Shown piece by piece: positions 1 through 9,798 of a stretch of 64,000 nucleotides of DNA. Both the position numbers and the translations under genes were made by a program. Below the pieces are notes generated by a model. The model was not told the origin of the DNA. It saw only the letters and a list, made by a program, of their open reading frames with translations, and did no database searches. This DNA comes from Gammaproteobacteria bacterium (lineage in GTDB: Bacteria > Pseudomonadota > Gammaproteobacteria > Steroidobacterales > PWYM01): positions 5,662 to 69,661 of the forward strand of contig JAFIFN010000004.1 of NCBI GenBank assembly GCA_020832005.1, in the 5' to 3' direction. Positions within the stretch are counted from its first letter, which is position 1; the number at the start of each line of letters is the position of its first letter.

Positions 1-76
1 TTTCCATCGCGATTTCCGTCGCGGTTGCCGTCTGCCCCCTTGGGGCGATTGCGTGCAGTGTTGCCGAGGTAGCCTC

Positions 77-403
77 TCACAGGTGCGAATCCAGGAAGTC
101 CTTGAGCTGGGACTTTGACAGCGCACCGACCTTCTGGGCCTCGACCGTACCGTTCTTGAACAGGATCAGTGTGGGGATGCCGCGGATGCCGTAACGTGGC
201 GGGGTTTGAGGGTTTTCGTCGATATTGAGCTTGGCGATCGTCACGCGATCCCCGAAGTCATCGGCCAGCTCGTCGAGCATGGGGGCGATCATCTTGCACG
301 GGCCGCACCATTCGGCCCAGAAATCCAGCAGTACTGGGCGATCGGCCTTGAGCACATCCTGCTCGAAGGACGCATCGCTGGTATGCACAATGCGGTCACT
401 CAC
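77..403 (-). CDS. trxA: thioredoxin
   Basis: 108-aa ORF with the WCGPC redox motif ([14 protein letters not shown]) and a [14 protein letters not shown] block. Typical length. Divergent from rhlB. Confidence 0.95.
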   Translation of the reverse strand: MSDRIVHTSDASFEQDVLKADRPVLLDFWAEWCGPCKMIAPMLDELADDFGDRVTIAKLNIDENPQTPPRYGIRGIPTLILFKNGTVEAQKVGALSKSQLKDFLDSHL

Positions 404-701
404 TCTTAAGCTCCTTAGAGATAGTCAGCTTGATCTTGGTTTTTCGCAAGGGACTGGTGGCAGCCCGTCCCGGCAAGGAGGGGATCAAGACACCGGTCGC
501 ATATGGGGATGTGACGTAGCCTGACGAATCAGGCACAATGTTCGGGCTATTTCAAGCGCGTTCCGTCTATGGCCGTCAAGGTGCTCGGCATCTGCCAGTT
601 ACGGAGGGCGGCGACGGACGTCACCATAGGTTTTCCTTATTTTGACCCTGTCTCAGGCTAATTTGCAATAGCCTGGTGATTAACTGCTTTGCTGGAGTCC
701 C

Positions 702-2096
702 ATGACCGACCATCATCTGAGCACATTGGCCTATGCGGATCTGCCCCTGCACGAAGCCGTAGCGGCAGGTGTTCGCGAGGCCGGATTCACACACTGCACC
801 CCGATTCAGGCCCGTACCCTGCCGCTGGCGCTGGAAGGCCATGACATTGCCGGCCAGGCCCAGACCGGCACCGGCAAGACCGCAGCGTTTCTCGTCGCCG
901 CCTTCAATCGACTCATGAGCAAGCCGGCACCCGAGGATCAGCGCGGCCCGCGCCTGCTGGTCATGGCCCCGACCCGCGAGCTCGCCGTGCAGATTCATGC
1001 CGATGCAGCGCTGCTGGCCACCCACACCGGCTTGCGCCTGTGTATTGCCCATGGCGGCACGGACTATGACAAGCAGCGCGATGCGCTGACGGCCGGCGTA
1101 GACGTCCTGATCGGCACACCCGGACGCCTGATCGATTACTTCAAGCAAAACGTCTTCGACCTCAAGAGTGTCGAGGTGATGGTCCTCGACGAGGCCGATC
1201 GCATGTTCGATCTGGGCTTCATCAAGGATATCCGCTACGTGATGCGGCGCCTGCCGCCGCCCGACAAGCGCCTGTCGATGCTGTTTTCGGCCACGCTCTC
1301 GCAGCGCGTGCTGGAACTGGCCTACGAGCATATGAACGACCCCGATCTCATTCGTATCGAGCCGGAGAAAGTCACGGCCGATCGTGTGCGCCAGATCATC
1401 TACTACCCTTCCAACGAGGAAAAGCTGCCGTTACTGGTCAGCCTGCTGCGCAGACTGGGTACGACACGCTCGATGGTTTTCGTGAATACCCGGCGCGAGG
1501 CTGAATATCTTCGCGACCAGCTCAACGCAAACGAGATTCACGCCGAGGCGCTGTCCGGCGATGTGCCCCAGAACAAGCGCCTGCGGATGCTGCGCGAATT
1601 CCAGGCGGGCAAATTGCCGGTGCTGATCGGCACGGATGTCGCCTCTCGCGGCCTGCACGTGCCGGAGGTCAGCCACGTGTTCAATTACGACCTGCCACAA
1701 GACGCGGAGGACTATGTCCACCGTATCGGTCGCACGGCCCGGGCCGGTGCCGCAGGCGATGCCATCAGCTTCGGCTGCGAGCGCTACGTCATGTCCCTGC
1801 CGGATATCGAAGCCTACATCGGCAACCGCATCCCGGTGGGCGCGGTGGAGTCCGACATGCTCGCCGAGGTGCGTCGGGCACCCAGGCCACGTCGACGCCC
1901 CGGTGGCGCAGATGCGCGCGCCTCAGATCGCTCCCGCCCGCGGCGCAACCGCCCAGCCGCGGAACACTCGCCTGCCCCGCCGGCCAGTGCCAAGCCGGCG
2001 CCGGCGCCGGGCGCCACCAGCACCCAGGGTAATGAGACAACACCGAAAAAGCGCCGCCGCCGGCGCAAGCCCCCGGCACAGGGCCAGGACAGCTGA
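702..2096 (+). CDS. rhlB: ATP-dependent DEAD-box RNA helicase RhlB
   Basis: 464 aa with AQTGTGKT Walker [18 protein letters not shown] box, SAT and [10 protein letters not shown]. Colinear by eye with E. coli RhlB, including the Arg/Pro-rich tail. GGAG lies about 5 nt upstream of the ATG. Confidence 0.93.
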   Translation: MTDHHLSTLAYADLPLHEAVAAGVREAGFTHCTPIQARTLPLALEGHDIAGQAQTGTGKTAAFLVAAFNRLMSKPAPEDQRGPRLLVMAPTRELAVQIHADAALLATHTGLRLCIAHGGTDYDKQRDALTAGVDVLIGTPGRLIDYFKQNVFDLKSVEVMVLDEADRMFDLGFIKDIRYVMRRLPPPDKRLSMLFSATLSQRVLELAYEHMNDPDLIRIEPEKVTADRVRQIIYYPSNEEKLPLLVSLLRRLGTTRSMVFVNTRREAEYLRDQLNANEIHAEALSGDVPQNKRLRMLREFQAGKLPVLIGTDVASRGLHVPEVSHVFNYDLPQDAEDYVHRIGRTARAGAAGDAISFGCERYVMSLPDIEAYIGNRIPVGAVESDMLAEVRRAPRPRRRPGGADARASDRSRPRRNRPAAEHSPAPPASAKPAPAPGATSTQGNETTPKKRRRRRKPPAQGQDS

Positions 2097-2127
2097 TCGA
2101 TCGCGTGCAGGGCCAAGCGCAGGTCGC

Positions 2128-2838
2128 TCAGCCTGCCCCTGGGCCTTCGTCTGGAAACAGATCGGCGATGCGCGCAACGCAGCTGAACTCGTTTATCTGG
2201 CGTGCCGGCAGGGTGGTGTCGGGCAGACCGATGGTGACCAGGCCCTGCAAACCATGATGCTTTGCCGAACGCAGCACAGGCAGGCTGTCGTCGAGCAGCA
2301 GTGTGCGCGCGGGATCGAAGCGCTCCCGGGTGGCGAGGCGCTGCCAGAACTCCGGCACCTCCTTGGCCATGGCGAAGTCGTGCGAGGAATGAATCGCATC
2401 AAGTTGTGCTGCCAGCCCGGTACGCTCGAGCTTGACTGCCAGCGTGTCGGGGTGAGCATTGGTCACCAGCACCAGGCGCAGGCCTCTTGCGCGGGCGCGC
2501 GCAAGAAATCCCGGCGCGCCCGGCAAATAGCGGATCTGTGTGGCTGTGGCGCGCTTGAGGGCACGCACATCCAGGGCAAGCTCTTGGCTCCAGTAATCCA
2601 GGCAGTACCACTCCAGTCGGCCCTCGAGCGCCGTGAACCGCCGCAGCAGCTCACGCTGCGCGGCTGCCGGCGCCAGCCCGTGACGGCGCGCGAAGGCCAG
2701 CGGCAGGCGTCGCCGCCAGAAGTAGTTATCGTAGGCAAGATCAAGAATCGTGCCGTCCATGTCGAGCAGCACGGTGTCCACCGCGGTCCAGTCGATGTCG
2801 GGTACGCCCTGCATGTGTCTCGTATACTGCCCCTTCAA
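2128..2838 (-). CDS. yrfG: HAD-family GMP/IMP nucleotidase (YrfG-like)
   Basis: 236 aa with HAD motif I DTVLLDMDGTILDL. The blocks YFW, WYCLDYWS and LVTNAHP..LAVKLERTGL match remembered E. coli YrfG. Confidence 0.8.
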   Translation of the reverse strand: MKGQYTRHMQGVPDIDWTAVDTVLLDMDGTILDLAYDNYFWRRRLPLAFARRHGLAPAAAQRELLRRFTALEGRLEWYCLDYWSQELALDVRALKRATATQIRYLPGAPGFLARARARGLRLVLVTNAHPDTLAVKLERTGLAAQLDAIHSSHDFAMAKEVPEFWQRLATRERFDPARTLLLDDSLPVLRSAKHHGLQGLVTIGLPDTTLPARQINEFSCVARIADLFPDEGPGAG

Positions 2839-2862
2839 ACTTGATGATCACGAGGCACTCGT

Positions 2863-3702
2863 ATGACCCCTACGCAAGACAGGTTCCCTATCGCCGAAGT
2901 GATCACACTGTGCCAGCAAGCCGGCGCTGCAATCATGGAAGTCTACCGCAGTGATTTCGCTGTCTCTCGCAAGGATGACGACTCGCCGCTGACCCAGGCC
3001 GACATGGCCGCCCACCGCATCCTCTGTGATGGCCTGCCGGGCCTGACAGACCCGCTGCCGGTCCTCTCGGAGGAAAACGCCGCTCAGATCGATACCGCGG
3101 AACGCATGGCCTGGCAGCGTTACTGGCTCGTTGATCCGCTGGATGGTACACGCGAGTTCATCAACCGTCGTGACGAGTTCACCGTGAACGTGGCCCTGGT
3201 GGAGAATCACGTGGCGACCCTGGGCGTCGTGTACGCGCCGGTGTCGGGCGTCACCTACTGGGGCGCCCCGGCCCATGGCGCACACCGCATCGACGCTGAC
3301 GGACACTCGACGCCCCTGCAGGCCGCCGCCCGGTCCGATGATCCGGTGCGGGTGCTGGGCAGTCGCAGTCATCCGGATGCCCACCTGGAGAGCTACCTGT
3401 CATCGCTTGGCGAGCATGTGCTCAAGGTGGCGGGCAGTTCGCTGAAGTTCTGCCGCATGGCCGAGGCGGCGGCCGACCTGTACCCGAGATTCGGACCGAC
3501 CTCGGAGTGGGACACGGCGGCCGGCCAGGCGGTGGCCGAGGCGGCCGGTGCGCTCACGGTCGATCTGCACGGGCAGCCCCTGCGCTACAACACGGGCACC
3601 TCTCTGCTGAACGGGTTTTTCCTGGTTTACGCCGATCGCGAGCGTCCGTGGCTCAGTCACGTGCCCGCCAGCCTGCTGGCCCCGGCTCAACAGTGCCGCT
3701 GA
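2863..3702 (+). CDS. cysQ: 3'(2'),5'-bisphosphate nucleotidase
   Basis: 279 aa with the inositol-monophosphatase family motifs LSEE, WLVDPLDGTREF and WDTAAGQAV. Confidence 0.9.
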   Translation: MTPTQDRFPIAEVITLCQQAGAAIMEVYRSDFAVSRKDDDSPLTQADMAAHRILCDGLPGLTDPLPVLSEENAAQIDTAERMAWQRYWLVDPLDGTREFINRRDEFTVNVALVENHVATLGVVYAPVSGVTYWGAPAHGAHRIDADGHSTPLQAAARSDDPVRVLGSRSHPDAHLESYLSSLGEHVLKVAGSSLKFCRMAEAAADLYPRFGPTSEWDTAAGQAVAEAAGALTVDLHGQPLRYNTGTSLLNGFFLVYADRERPWLSHVPASLLAPAQQCR

Positions 3703-4004
3703 GCCTGTCCAGCCTGTCGATAGCCGCAGCCGTGATCGGACTGGCAGCGTTCTGGTATGACAGCATGCGCGTGCGTGAGGCGGCCAATCGCATCGCACAA
3801 AGCACCTGCTCGCGGCAGGGCTTGCAGTTTCTTGACGGCACTGTATCCCTGTCGGGACTCAGACCTCGACTGGCCGCCGGCGGCCTGCGACTGGAGCGCA
3901 CTTACGTCTTCGATTACACGGTCGATGGAGTGTTGCGGGCCAGTGGCTTTATCATCATGCTCGGTCGTCGCATGCAGCACGTGGGCGTATCTGGCGAACA
4001 ATAA
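3693..4004 (+). CDS. DUF3301-like small membrane protein
   Basis: The C-terminal 104 codons of track ORF 3507-4004 look genuine. They have an N-terminal TM helix (LSIAAAVIGLAAFWYDSMRVREAA) followed by GLQFLDGTV...LRLERTYVFDY, which fits my recollection of DUF3301. GTG at 3693 overlaps the cysQ stop by 10 nt. The start is uncertain. Confidence 0.6.
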   Translation: MPLSLSSLSIAAAVIGLAAFWYDSMRVREAANRIAQSTCSRQGLQFLDGTVSLSGLRPRLAAGGLRLERTYVFDYTVDGVLRASGFIIMLGRRMQHVGVSGEQ

Positions 4005-4026
4005 AGGCCGGCAGACTGGAAGCGCG

Positions 4027-4242
4027 ATGAGCGACAAGATCGACACGGAAGGATTCAAACGCCTCAGGCGCTTGCGCGAACTGCGTGTCGAGCACAGTGA
4101 CCTGGACCGTGTCATCGATCACCTGGCCCATGCCCCGGAGGTGGATCAACTGATGATTCGTCGTCTGAAAAAACGCAAACTGCAGATCAAGGATGCCATC
4201 ACCCGGCTGGAGAGCCAGCTGATTCCCGACCTCAACGCCTGA
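4027..4242 (+). CDS. DUF465 (YdcH-like) small protein
   Basis: 71 aa starting at the internal ATG 4027 of track ORF 3757-4242. Carries the LDRVIDHL....D.L.IRRLKKRKLQIKDAI pattern typical of DUF465. Confidence 0.7.
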   Translation: MSDKIDTEGFKRLRRLRELRVEHSDLDRVIDHLAHAPEVDQLMIRRLKKRKLQIKDAITRLESQLIPDLNA

Positions 4243-4253
4243 GCGCAAGGACC

Positions 4254-4679
4254 ATGCGCATTCCCGTTAACAACTCGCTGTCACTCGACGAGCGCGACCT
4301 GCATTTTCAATACCATCGAGCCGGCGGCCCTGGCGGTCAGCATGTCAACAAGGTAGAGACCGCGGTGAAACTCAGGTTCACCGTCGATGGACATTCCTCG
4401 TTCCCCGCCAGCGTGCGTGAACGCCTGCGTGCGCTCGCCGGCCGCCGACTGACCGACGACGACGAGATCCTCATCGAGGCCTCCCGGCACCGCAGTCGGG
4501 AGCGCAACCGCGAGGATGCGCTGGCTCGGCTGGTCGACCTTCTGCGGCGGGCAGCAACACCACCGCGCCCCCGCGTCGCCACCCGGGTGCCGCGCGCGAC
4601 CCGGGAACGCCGGCTTTCTGAGAAAAAAGACCGCGCCCGTGTCAAGCGTCTGCGCGGTCGTCCGACGGGTGCGGACTGA
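4254..4679 (+). CDS. arfB: alternative ribosome-rescue factor ArfB (peptidyl-tRNA hydrolase)
   Basis: 141 aa with the GGQ motif in GGPGGQHVNKVETAV and a basic C-terminal tail. Colinear with E. coli ArfB/YaeJ. Confidence 0.9.
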   Translation: MRIPVNNSLSLDERDLHFQYHRAGGPGGQHVNKVETAVKLRFTVDGHSSFPASVRERLRALAGRRLTDDDEILIEASRHRSRERNREDALARLVDLLRRAATPPRPRVATRVPRATRERRLSEKKDRARVKRLRGRPTGAD

Positions 4680-7260
4680 CCTGCTCGGGCACCAGCGAGA
4701 GCACCTGCTGCAGCGACTGGCGGATCTGCGCGCCCAGCACCTGCCGGGCATCCTCGTCGACTTCGCGCAGGCGATCATCGAAGTGCAACCGCTGTTCACC
4801 ATCGATACTCAGAACGCCCTCGCGGCGCATCCCGTCGATGAACGCCGAGAAGACAGCACGATCGAAAAAATCGGGTGAGTGCAGTTCGAACACCAAGGAG
4901 AGTCGCTCGGCCACCTGCTGGGACAGATCCAGCAATTCGCTGCGACGCAGTTTCCCGGAGCCCCCCTGCAGCAGCAGTGCTACGACCAGATAGTAGCGCT
5001 GCAGGGTCGGCATCATTGATTGGCCCAGCACCATCAATTGGGCAGTCGAGTTCGAGCCGGCCCGCGCCCGACTCCAGATGCGCTTGCCACGCCCTGGCCT
5101 GAGCAGCCCCGCCGAGGCCATGGCCGCCAGCGTGTCATTGAGTGCCTGGCGAAGTTCGCGCCGGCTCCAGGGCAGGCGCAGCTCGCGCGACACGTAGGGG
5201 TAAGTCAACGCGATAAGACGACGGATCCGCCGCAGGCCCAGACTGCGATGATTCATGTAACAGCAGGCCACCATGCCGTGCAGGGCGAGCAGGTGCTGTA
5301 CATTGTTGCGAAAATAGGTGGCGAGCAATGCACGGCGCTCATCCATGTAAATCACATCGCCGAGGTCATGCTTGTGACGCTGGACCACCTTCAGGGTTTC
5401 AGCTGTGTGAATCACCTGCCGAGCGTCCATGTCCGGCAGCCGTGACTCCATCGCCCAGGGCTTGCGTTTCAGCAGCTGCAGGTACATGGAAATCTGTGCC
5501 GCCAGGTCGCGCTCGACCATCGCCTGCTTGGGCATGGCCAGCAGCACCAGTGCCACCAGGTTCACCGGATTGACCACCGCCGCTGAATTGATGCGAACGA
5601 GGATCTCGCGGCCCAGCTCATCGACCACCTCTCCCAGCCAGGCGGGTCTGGTATCGAGCTGGTGTTCCTCGCCACGCCAGTCCGGGCGGTGCGCATCGAG
5701 CACCGGTGACAGATGCAAAGGTTCACCGATCGACACCTGTACATGGCCGAAGTGCTCACGCAGCGTTCGCACCGAACGCAGCAGTCCGCCAATGGATTCT
5801 TTCTTCTTGCCCTGACCGCTGAGCTCGCCGATATAGGTCTGGCCCTCGACGAGCTTTTCGTAGCCGAAATACACCGGCACGAAGGCCAGCGGCCGTACCG
5901 GCTGGCACAGATAGCTGTGCACGGTCATCGAGAGCATGCCTGTACGGTGGGGCAGCAGGCGACCCGTGCGGCTGCGCGTACCCTCGATGAAGTATTCGAT
6001 CGGATGACCACGGCTGAGCATGGCCGCCAGGTAGCCGCGAAACACCGCTGTGTACAGCGCATTGCCCGAAAAGCTGCGACGGATGAAGAACGCACCCCCA
6101 CGCCGCAGCAGGGGCCCGAGCAGGGGCAGATTCAGGTTGATGCCTGCGGCGATGTAGGGAATGGCCAGGCCCTGCTTGTAGACCACATAGGACAGGATCA
6201 TGTAGTCGATGTGGCTGCGGTGGCAGGGCACGTAAACCAGCTCATGCTCGCGGGCCAGCTCACCGAGCTGTTCGATCTGGTGCAGGGCAATGCCATCGTA
6301 GAGGCGCGTCCACATCCAGGTCATGAGCTTCTCGAACATCAGGATGGCAGGATAGGAATAGTCGGCTGCGATCTCCATGCCATAGCGACGGGCCTGCTCG
6401 CGCACTCGCCCGGGTGACTGCCCGGTCGCAGCGGCCTCATCGGCGATGGCCTGACGCACCGGTGCGGTGGTCAGCAACTGAGCGATCAGGCTGCGCCGGT
6501 GTGACAGGTCGGGGCCGATGACGGCCGCACGCGCGCCACGAAAATGCCGCCGGAGCAATCTCGAGGCCCGTCGTACGGCCAGTTCCTGGCGGGTCTGGAT
6601 ATCCATCAGCGTGCGCAGGGCCACCGGTTCACCAAACTGCACCAGGACATTGCGCCCGTGCAGCAGCGCCGCCAGCGCCCCACGAGTGCGACCGGCAAGC
6701 GCCCACTGTTCGGCGAACAGCAGTTTCAGCCAGGAATGTTCGCGTGCAGGCGCACGTCCCCAGAAGACCGCCACCGGCACCAGCGTGATCTCGATACCGG
6801 GGTCGGCCAGTGCGGTTTCCACCAGACGCTGCAGACGCCGCGACGGACTGGGGTCCGGCCGGCGAATGAACACGCCGCGAAAGCGTCGGACGCCGAATAC
6901 GGCGCGCCTGCCAACGAGGCTGGAACCGGTCAGGCGCGGCAGTTCGTGACGACGGCAGGCAGCATCGAGCACGAGCGCGTCGAGCACAAGGTCGTTCTCG
7001 AGCACATAACAGACCCCGGATTCTGGAATGTGCAGCCGCTTGAGATCACCCGGGGCCACATCGAAGCGGACCCACAGGTTGACCAGGCCGCGGATGGTGG
7101 CCAGCCCGAGATCGGCAATCCAGTTGAACCAGCGCAAGGCATCCCCCTCCCTGCACACCGCTTCGGCGGTGTGCAATGCCGATGGTACCAACATGACGCG
7201 CCGAAACTGCGGCTTTGCCCGGACGCCTGCAGCAGGTATCGTGGCCGGATGATCGCGCAT
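4642..7260 (-). CDS. plsB: glycerol-3-phosphate 1-O-acyltransferase
   Basis: 872-aa ORF with the H(X4)D acyltransferase motif VPCHRSHIDYMILSYV plus FFIRRSF and YFIEGTRSRTGR. Colinear with E. coli PlsB. An alternative ATG at 7194 would remove the overlap with otsB. Confidence 0.92.
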   Translation of the reverse strand: MRDHPATIPAAGVRAKPQFRRVMLVPSALHTAEAVCREGDALRWFNWIADLGLATIRGLVNLWVRFDVAPGDLKRLHIPESGVCYVLENDLVLDALVLDAACRRHELPRLTGSSLVGRRAVFGVRRFRGVFIRRPDPSPSRRLQRLVETALADPGIEITLVPVAVFWGRAPAREHSWLKLLFAEQWALAGRTRGALAALLHGRNVLVQFGEPVALRTLMDIQTRQELAVRRASRLLRRHFRGARAAVIGPDLSHRRSLIAQLLTTAPVRQAIADEAAATGQSPGRVREQARRYGMEIAADYSYPAILMFEKLMTWMWTRLYDGIALHQIEQLGELAREHELVYVPCHRSHIDYMILSYVVYKQGLAIPYIAAGINLNLPLLGPLLRRGGAFFIRRSFSGNALYTAVFRGYLAAMLSRGHPIEYFIEGTRSRTGRLLPHRTGMLSMTVHSYLCQPVRPLAFVPVYFGYEKLVEGQTYIGELSGQGKKKESIGGLLRSVRTLREHFGHVQVSIGEPLHLSPVLDAHRPDWRGEEHQLDTRPAWLGEVVDELGREILVRINSAAVVNPVNLVALVLLAMPKQAMVERDLAAQISMYLQLLKRKPWAMESRLPDMDARQVIHTAETLKVVQRHKHDLGDVIYMDERRALLATYFRNNVQHLLALHGMVACCYMNHRSLGLRRIRRLIALTYPYVSRELRLPWSRRELRQALNDTLAAMASAGLLRPGRGKRIWSRARAGSNSTAQLMVLGQSMMPTLQRYYLVVALLLQGGSGKLRRSELLDLSQQVAERLSLVFELHSPDFFDRAVFSAFIDGMRREGVLSIDGEQRLHFDDRLREVDEDARQVLGAQIRQSLQQVLSLVPEQVSPHPSDDRADA

Positions 7261-7983
7261 AAGCTGCCTGCACCCGAGAAGAGTGCCCTGTTTCTGGATG
7301 TTGACGGCACGCTGCTGGACCTGGCGGACACCCCGGATGGCGTGGTGGTGAGCGAGGCGACACGCGGCTTGCTGCGCGCGCTGGAGGCGCGCCTCGATGG
7401 CGCTGTCGCGCTGATCAGCGGCCGCTCGCTGGACAGCCTGGATGCGCTTTTCGCCCCTTTACGCATGCCTGCAGCCGGCGTCCATGGCCTGCAGCGGCGT
7501 GACCACAACGGACAGCGCAGTCAGCGCGCGCTTCCGCAGCGCTGGCATGCTGCGCTGGCCCCGCAGCTGCAGCGCTACGTCGCCTCGCACCCGGGGCTGG
7601 AACTCGAGGACAAGGGGCACGCGCTGGCACTGCATTACCGGCGGGCGCCGGATATGCAGGCGTCGGCCGAAGCCCTGGCTGACGAGCTGATGACGTCAAT
7701 CACCGAGCCCACGCGCCTGTTGCGCGGCAAGAAGGTGCTTGAATTCATGCCAATTGGCAGCGACAAGGGCCAGGCAATCCGCGAGTTCATGTCAGAAGCG
7801 CCGTTTCAGGGACGTCTACCCGTATTCATCGGTGATGATGTCACCGACGAGGCCGGGTTCTTGGCCGTCAACGCGATGCAGGGTTGCTCGATACGCGTCG
7901 GCGATGGCGCAGCAACAGCTGCGCAGCATCGACTGGACAGCGTCGCCGACGTTCACACCCGGCTGCAGCGGTGGCTGGACTGA
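7249..7983 (+). CDS. otsB: trehalose-6-phosphate phosphatase
   Basis: 244 aa from the internal ATG 7249 of track ORF 6544-7983; the upstream part of that ORF is antisense to plsB. Carries LFLDVDGTLLDL, ALISGRS, AGVHG and GDDVTDE, which match OtsB. Confidence 0.85.
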   Translation: MIAHKLPAPEKSALFLDVDGTLLDLADTPDGVVVSEATRGLLRALEARLDGAVALISGRSLDSLDALFAPLRMPAAGVHGLQRRDHNGQRSQRALPQRWHAALAPQLQRYVASHPGLELEDKGHALALHYRRAPDMQASAEALADELMTSITEPTRLLRGKKVLEFMPIGSDKGQAIREFMSEAPFQGRLPVFIGDDVTDEAGFLAVNAMQGCSIRVGDGAATAAQHRLDSVADVHTRLQRWLD

Positions 7984-8010
7984 TATACGGGCCGTAGCAA
8001 GGAGGCCGCC

Positions 8011-9798
8011 ATGCCCAATCTTGATCTTGCCGTCATCGGCAACTGCCAGATCGCCGCCCTGCTCGATGCGCAGGCACGTATCGTCTGGGGCTGCCTGCCC
8101 CGCATGGACAGCGACCCATCCTTCTGCTCACTGCTGACCGACACGGATGATCCCAAGAGCGGCTTCTACGATGTGCAGCTTCGCGACCTGGTGCGCAGCG
8201 AGCAGCACTATGTCGACAACACCGCCATCGTCATCACCACCCTGCATGACAGCCATGGCGCCAGTGTGCGCATCACCGACTTCGCGCCGCGCTACTACCA
8301 GTACGGTCGCAGCTTCCGGCCAGTCATGCTGGTGCGGATCATCGAGCCACTGGCGGGCACGCCACGCATCCGGATTCGCCTGCGGCCAGGCAAAAACTGG
8401 GGTGCCGAGCGGCCGACCACGACCTTCGGCAGCAATCACGTGCGGTTTGTCGCCTCGGGTTTTACGTTGCGACTGACCACCGACACGCCGATCAGCGCCG
8501 TGCTCGAGGAAAGCGAGCTTACGCTCGACCATCCGATGCACCTGCTGCTGGGCCCCGACGAGACCCTCACCGAAAGCCCCGGCAGGAGTGCCCGGCAGAT
8601 GCTCGATGAGACGCAGCGCTATTGGGAACAATGGGTGCGTTCGCTGGCCATCCCGTTCGAGTGGCAGGACGCGGTCATTCGTGCGGCGATCACGCTGAAG
8701 CTGTGCGCCTATGAGGATACCGGTGCAGTGCTGGCGGCGTTGACGACATCGATCCCGGAAGCGGCCAACAGCGGGCGCAACTGGGACTACCGTTACTGCT
8801 GGCTGCGCGACAGCTATTTCGTCGTCCAGGCCCTCAACCGGCTGGGCGCCACCAAGACGATGCAGGCCTACCTGCGCTACATCATCAACGTCGCCTCGGG
8901 CATGGATGACGACCTGGGCCTGCAGCCACTGTACGGCATCAGCGGCCAGACTCGACTGACGGAACGCCACGTCGAGAGCCTGCCCGGCTACCGGGGCATG
9001 GGACCGGTCCGGGTCGGCAACCAGGCCTGGGAGCAGGTGCAGAACGACGTCTACGGCGCCGTCGTGCTGTCCTCGGCACAATTCTTCTTCGATCGCAGGC
9101 TGCCATCAACCGGGCGGGAGGCGACCTTCGAACTGCTTGAGCGCCTCGGTGAGCAGGCGGCCCGACGCTTTGATCAGCCCGATGCGGGCCTGTGGGAATA
9201 CCGCGGCCGCCAGCGCGTGCACACCTTCTCTGCGGTCATGTGCTGGGCCGCCTGCGACCGGCTGGCGCGGATCGCGCGCCAGCTCGGGCACGCGGACGTC
9301 GCAGGCAGCTGGCAGCAGCGCGCCGACCACCTGCACGCAGAGATCTGCGCCCAGGCCTGGGACCCGGCACAGAACAGCTTTACCGAGAGCTTCGGTCGCC
9401 CGGAGATGGATGCCAGCCTGCTGACCCTGCACGAACTGGGTTTCGTGCCCGCCAGCGATCCCCGATTCACCGGCACGCTCGCGGCGATCGAAAAGCAGCT
9501 GCGCCGCGGCAGCTTCCTGTTCCGCTACGGCGCCGCAGATGATTTCGGCATGCCCGAGAACGCCTTCAATATCTGCACGTTCTGGTACATCAACGCCCTG
9601 GCCGCCGTGGGTCGGCAGAACGAGGCGCGCGAGCTGTTCGAGAACATGCTGGCCCATCGTAACCCGCTGGGCCTGCTCTCCGAGGACATCGACCCGGCCA
9701 CCGGCGAGCTGTGGGGCAATTTTCCGCAGACCTACAGCATGGTCGGCATCATCAACGCGGCAATGCGACTGAGCAAGCCGTGGGAGGAAGCATTCTGA
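8011..9798 (+). CDS. glycoside hydrolase family 15 protein (glucoamylase/trehalase-like)
   Basis: 595 aa. The WDYRYCWLRDS and LSEDIDP..GELWGNFPQTYSMVG blocks are typical of bacterial GH15. AAGGAGG lies 5 nt upstream of the ATG. The position between otsB and otsA is an arrangement I recall from other proteobacteria. Confidence 0.85.
   Translation: MPNLDLAVIGNCQIAALLDAQARIVWGCLPRMDSDPSFCSLLTDTDDPKSGFYDVQLRDLVRSEQHYVDNTAIVITTLHDSHGASVRITDFAPRYYQYGRSFRPVMLVRIIEPLAGTPRIRIRLRPGKNWGAERPTTTFGSNHVRFVASGFTLRLTTDTPISAVLEESELTLDHPMHLLLGPDETLTESPGRSARQMLDETQRYWEQWVRSLAIPFEWQDAVIRAAITLKLCAYEDTGAVLAALTTSIPEAANSGRNWDYRYCWLRDSYFVVQALNRLGATKTMQAYLRYIINVASGMDDDLGLQPLYGISGQTRLTERHVESLPGYRGMGPVRVGNQAWEQVQNDVYGAVVLSSAQFFFDRRLPSTGREATFELLERLGEQAARRFDQPDAGLWEYRGRQRVHTFSAVMCWAACDRLARIARQLGHADVAGSWQQRADHLHAEICAQAWDPAQNSFTESFGRPEMDASLLTLHELGFVPASDPRFTGTLAAIEKQLRRGSFLFRYGAADDFGMPENAFNICTFWYINALAAVGRQNEARELFENMLAHRNPLGLLSEDIDPATGELWGNFPQTYSMVGIINAAMRLSKPWEEAF

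Noticed and set aside
519-534. Hairpin motif GCCTGACGA(A)TCAGGC in the trxA-rhlB spacer, recurring at 34955-34969 between the S41 and VOC genes. It could be a possible REP-like element.
   Set aside because: There are only two copies, with 6-bp stems. A rough estimate suggests that matches of about 15 nt with one indel are expected by chance a few times in 2 x 64 kb. The evidence is insufficient without a genome-wide count.
6544-7248. Upstream 235 codons of the track ORF containing otsB. The same pattern occurs in the upstream parts of ORFs 9711 (otsA), 11101 (glk), 20417 (oxoprolinase), 47395 (apbE), 3507, 3757, 19647, 34976-36700, 49141-50304, 58477-59715 and 59847-61640.
   Set aside because: The extensions overlap neighbouring genes and lack homology. 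Internal starts coincide with the beginning of family homology, RBS-like sequences, signal peptides or stop/start coupling.
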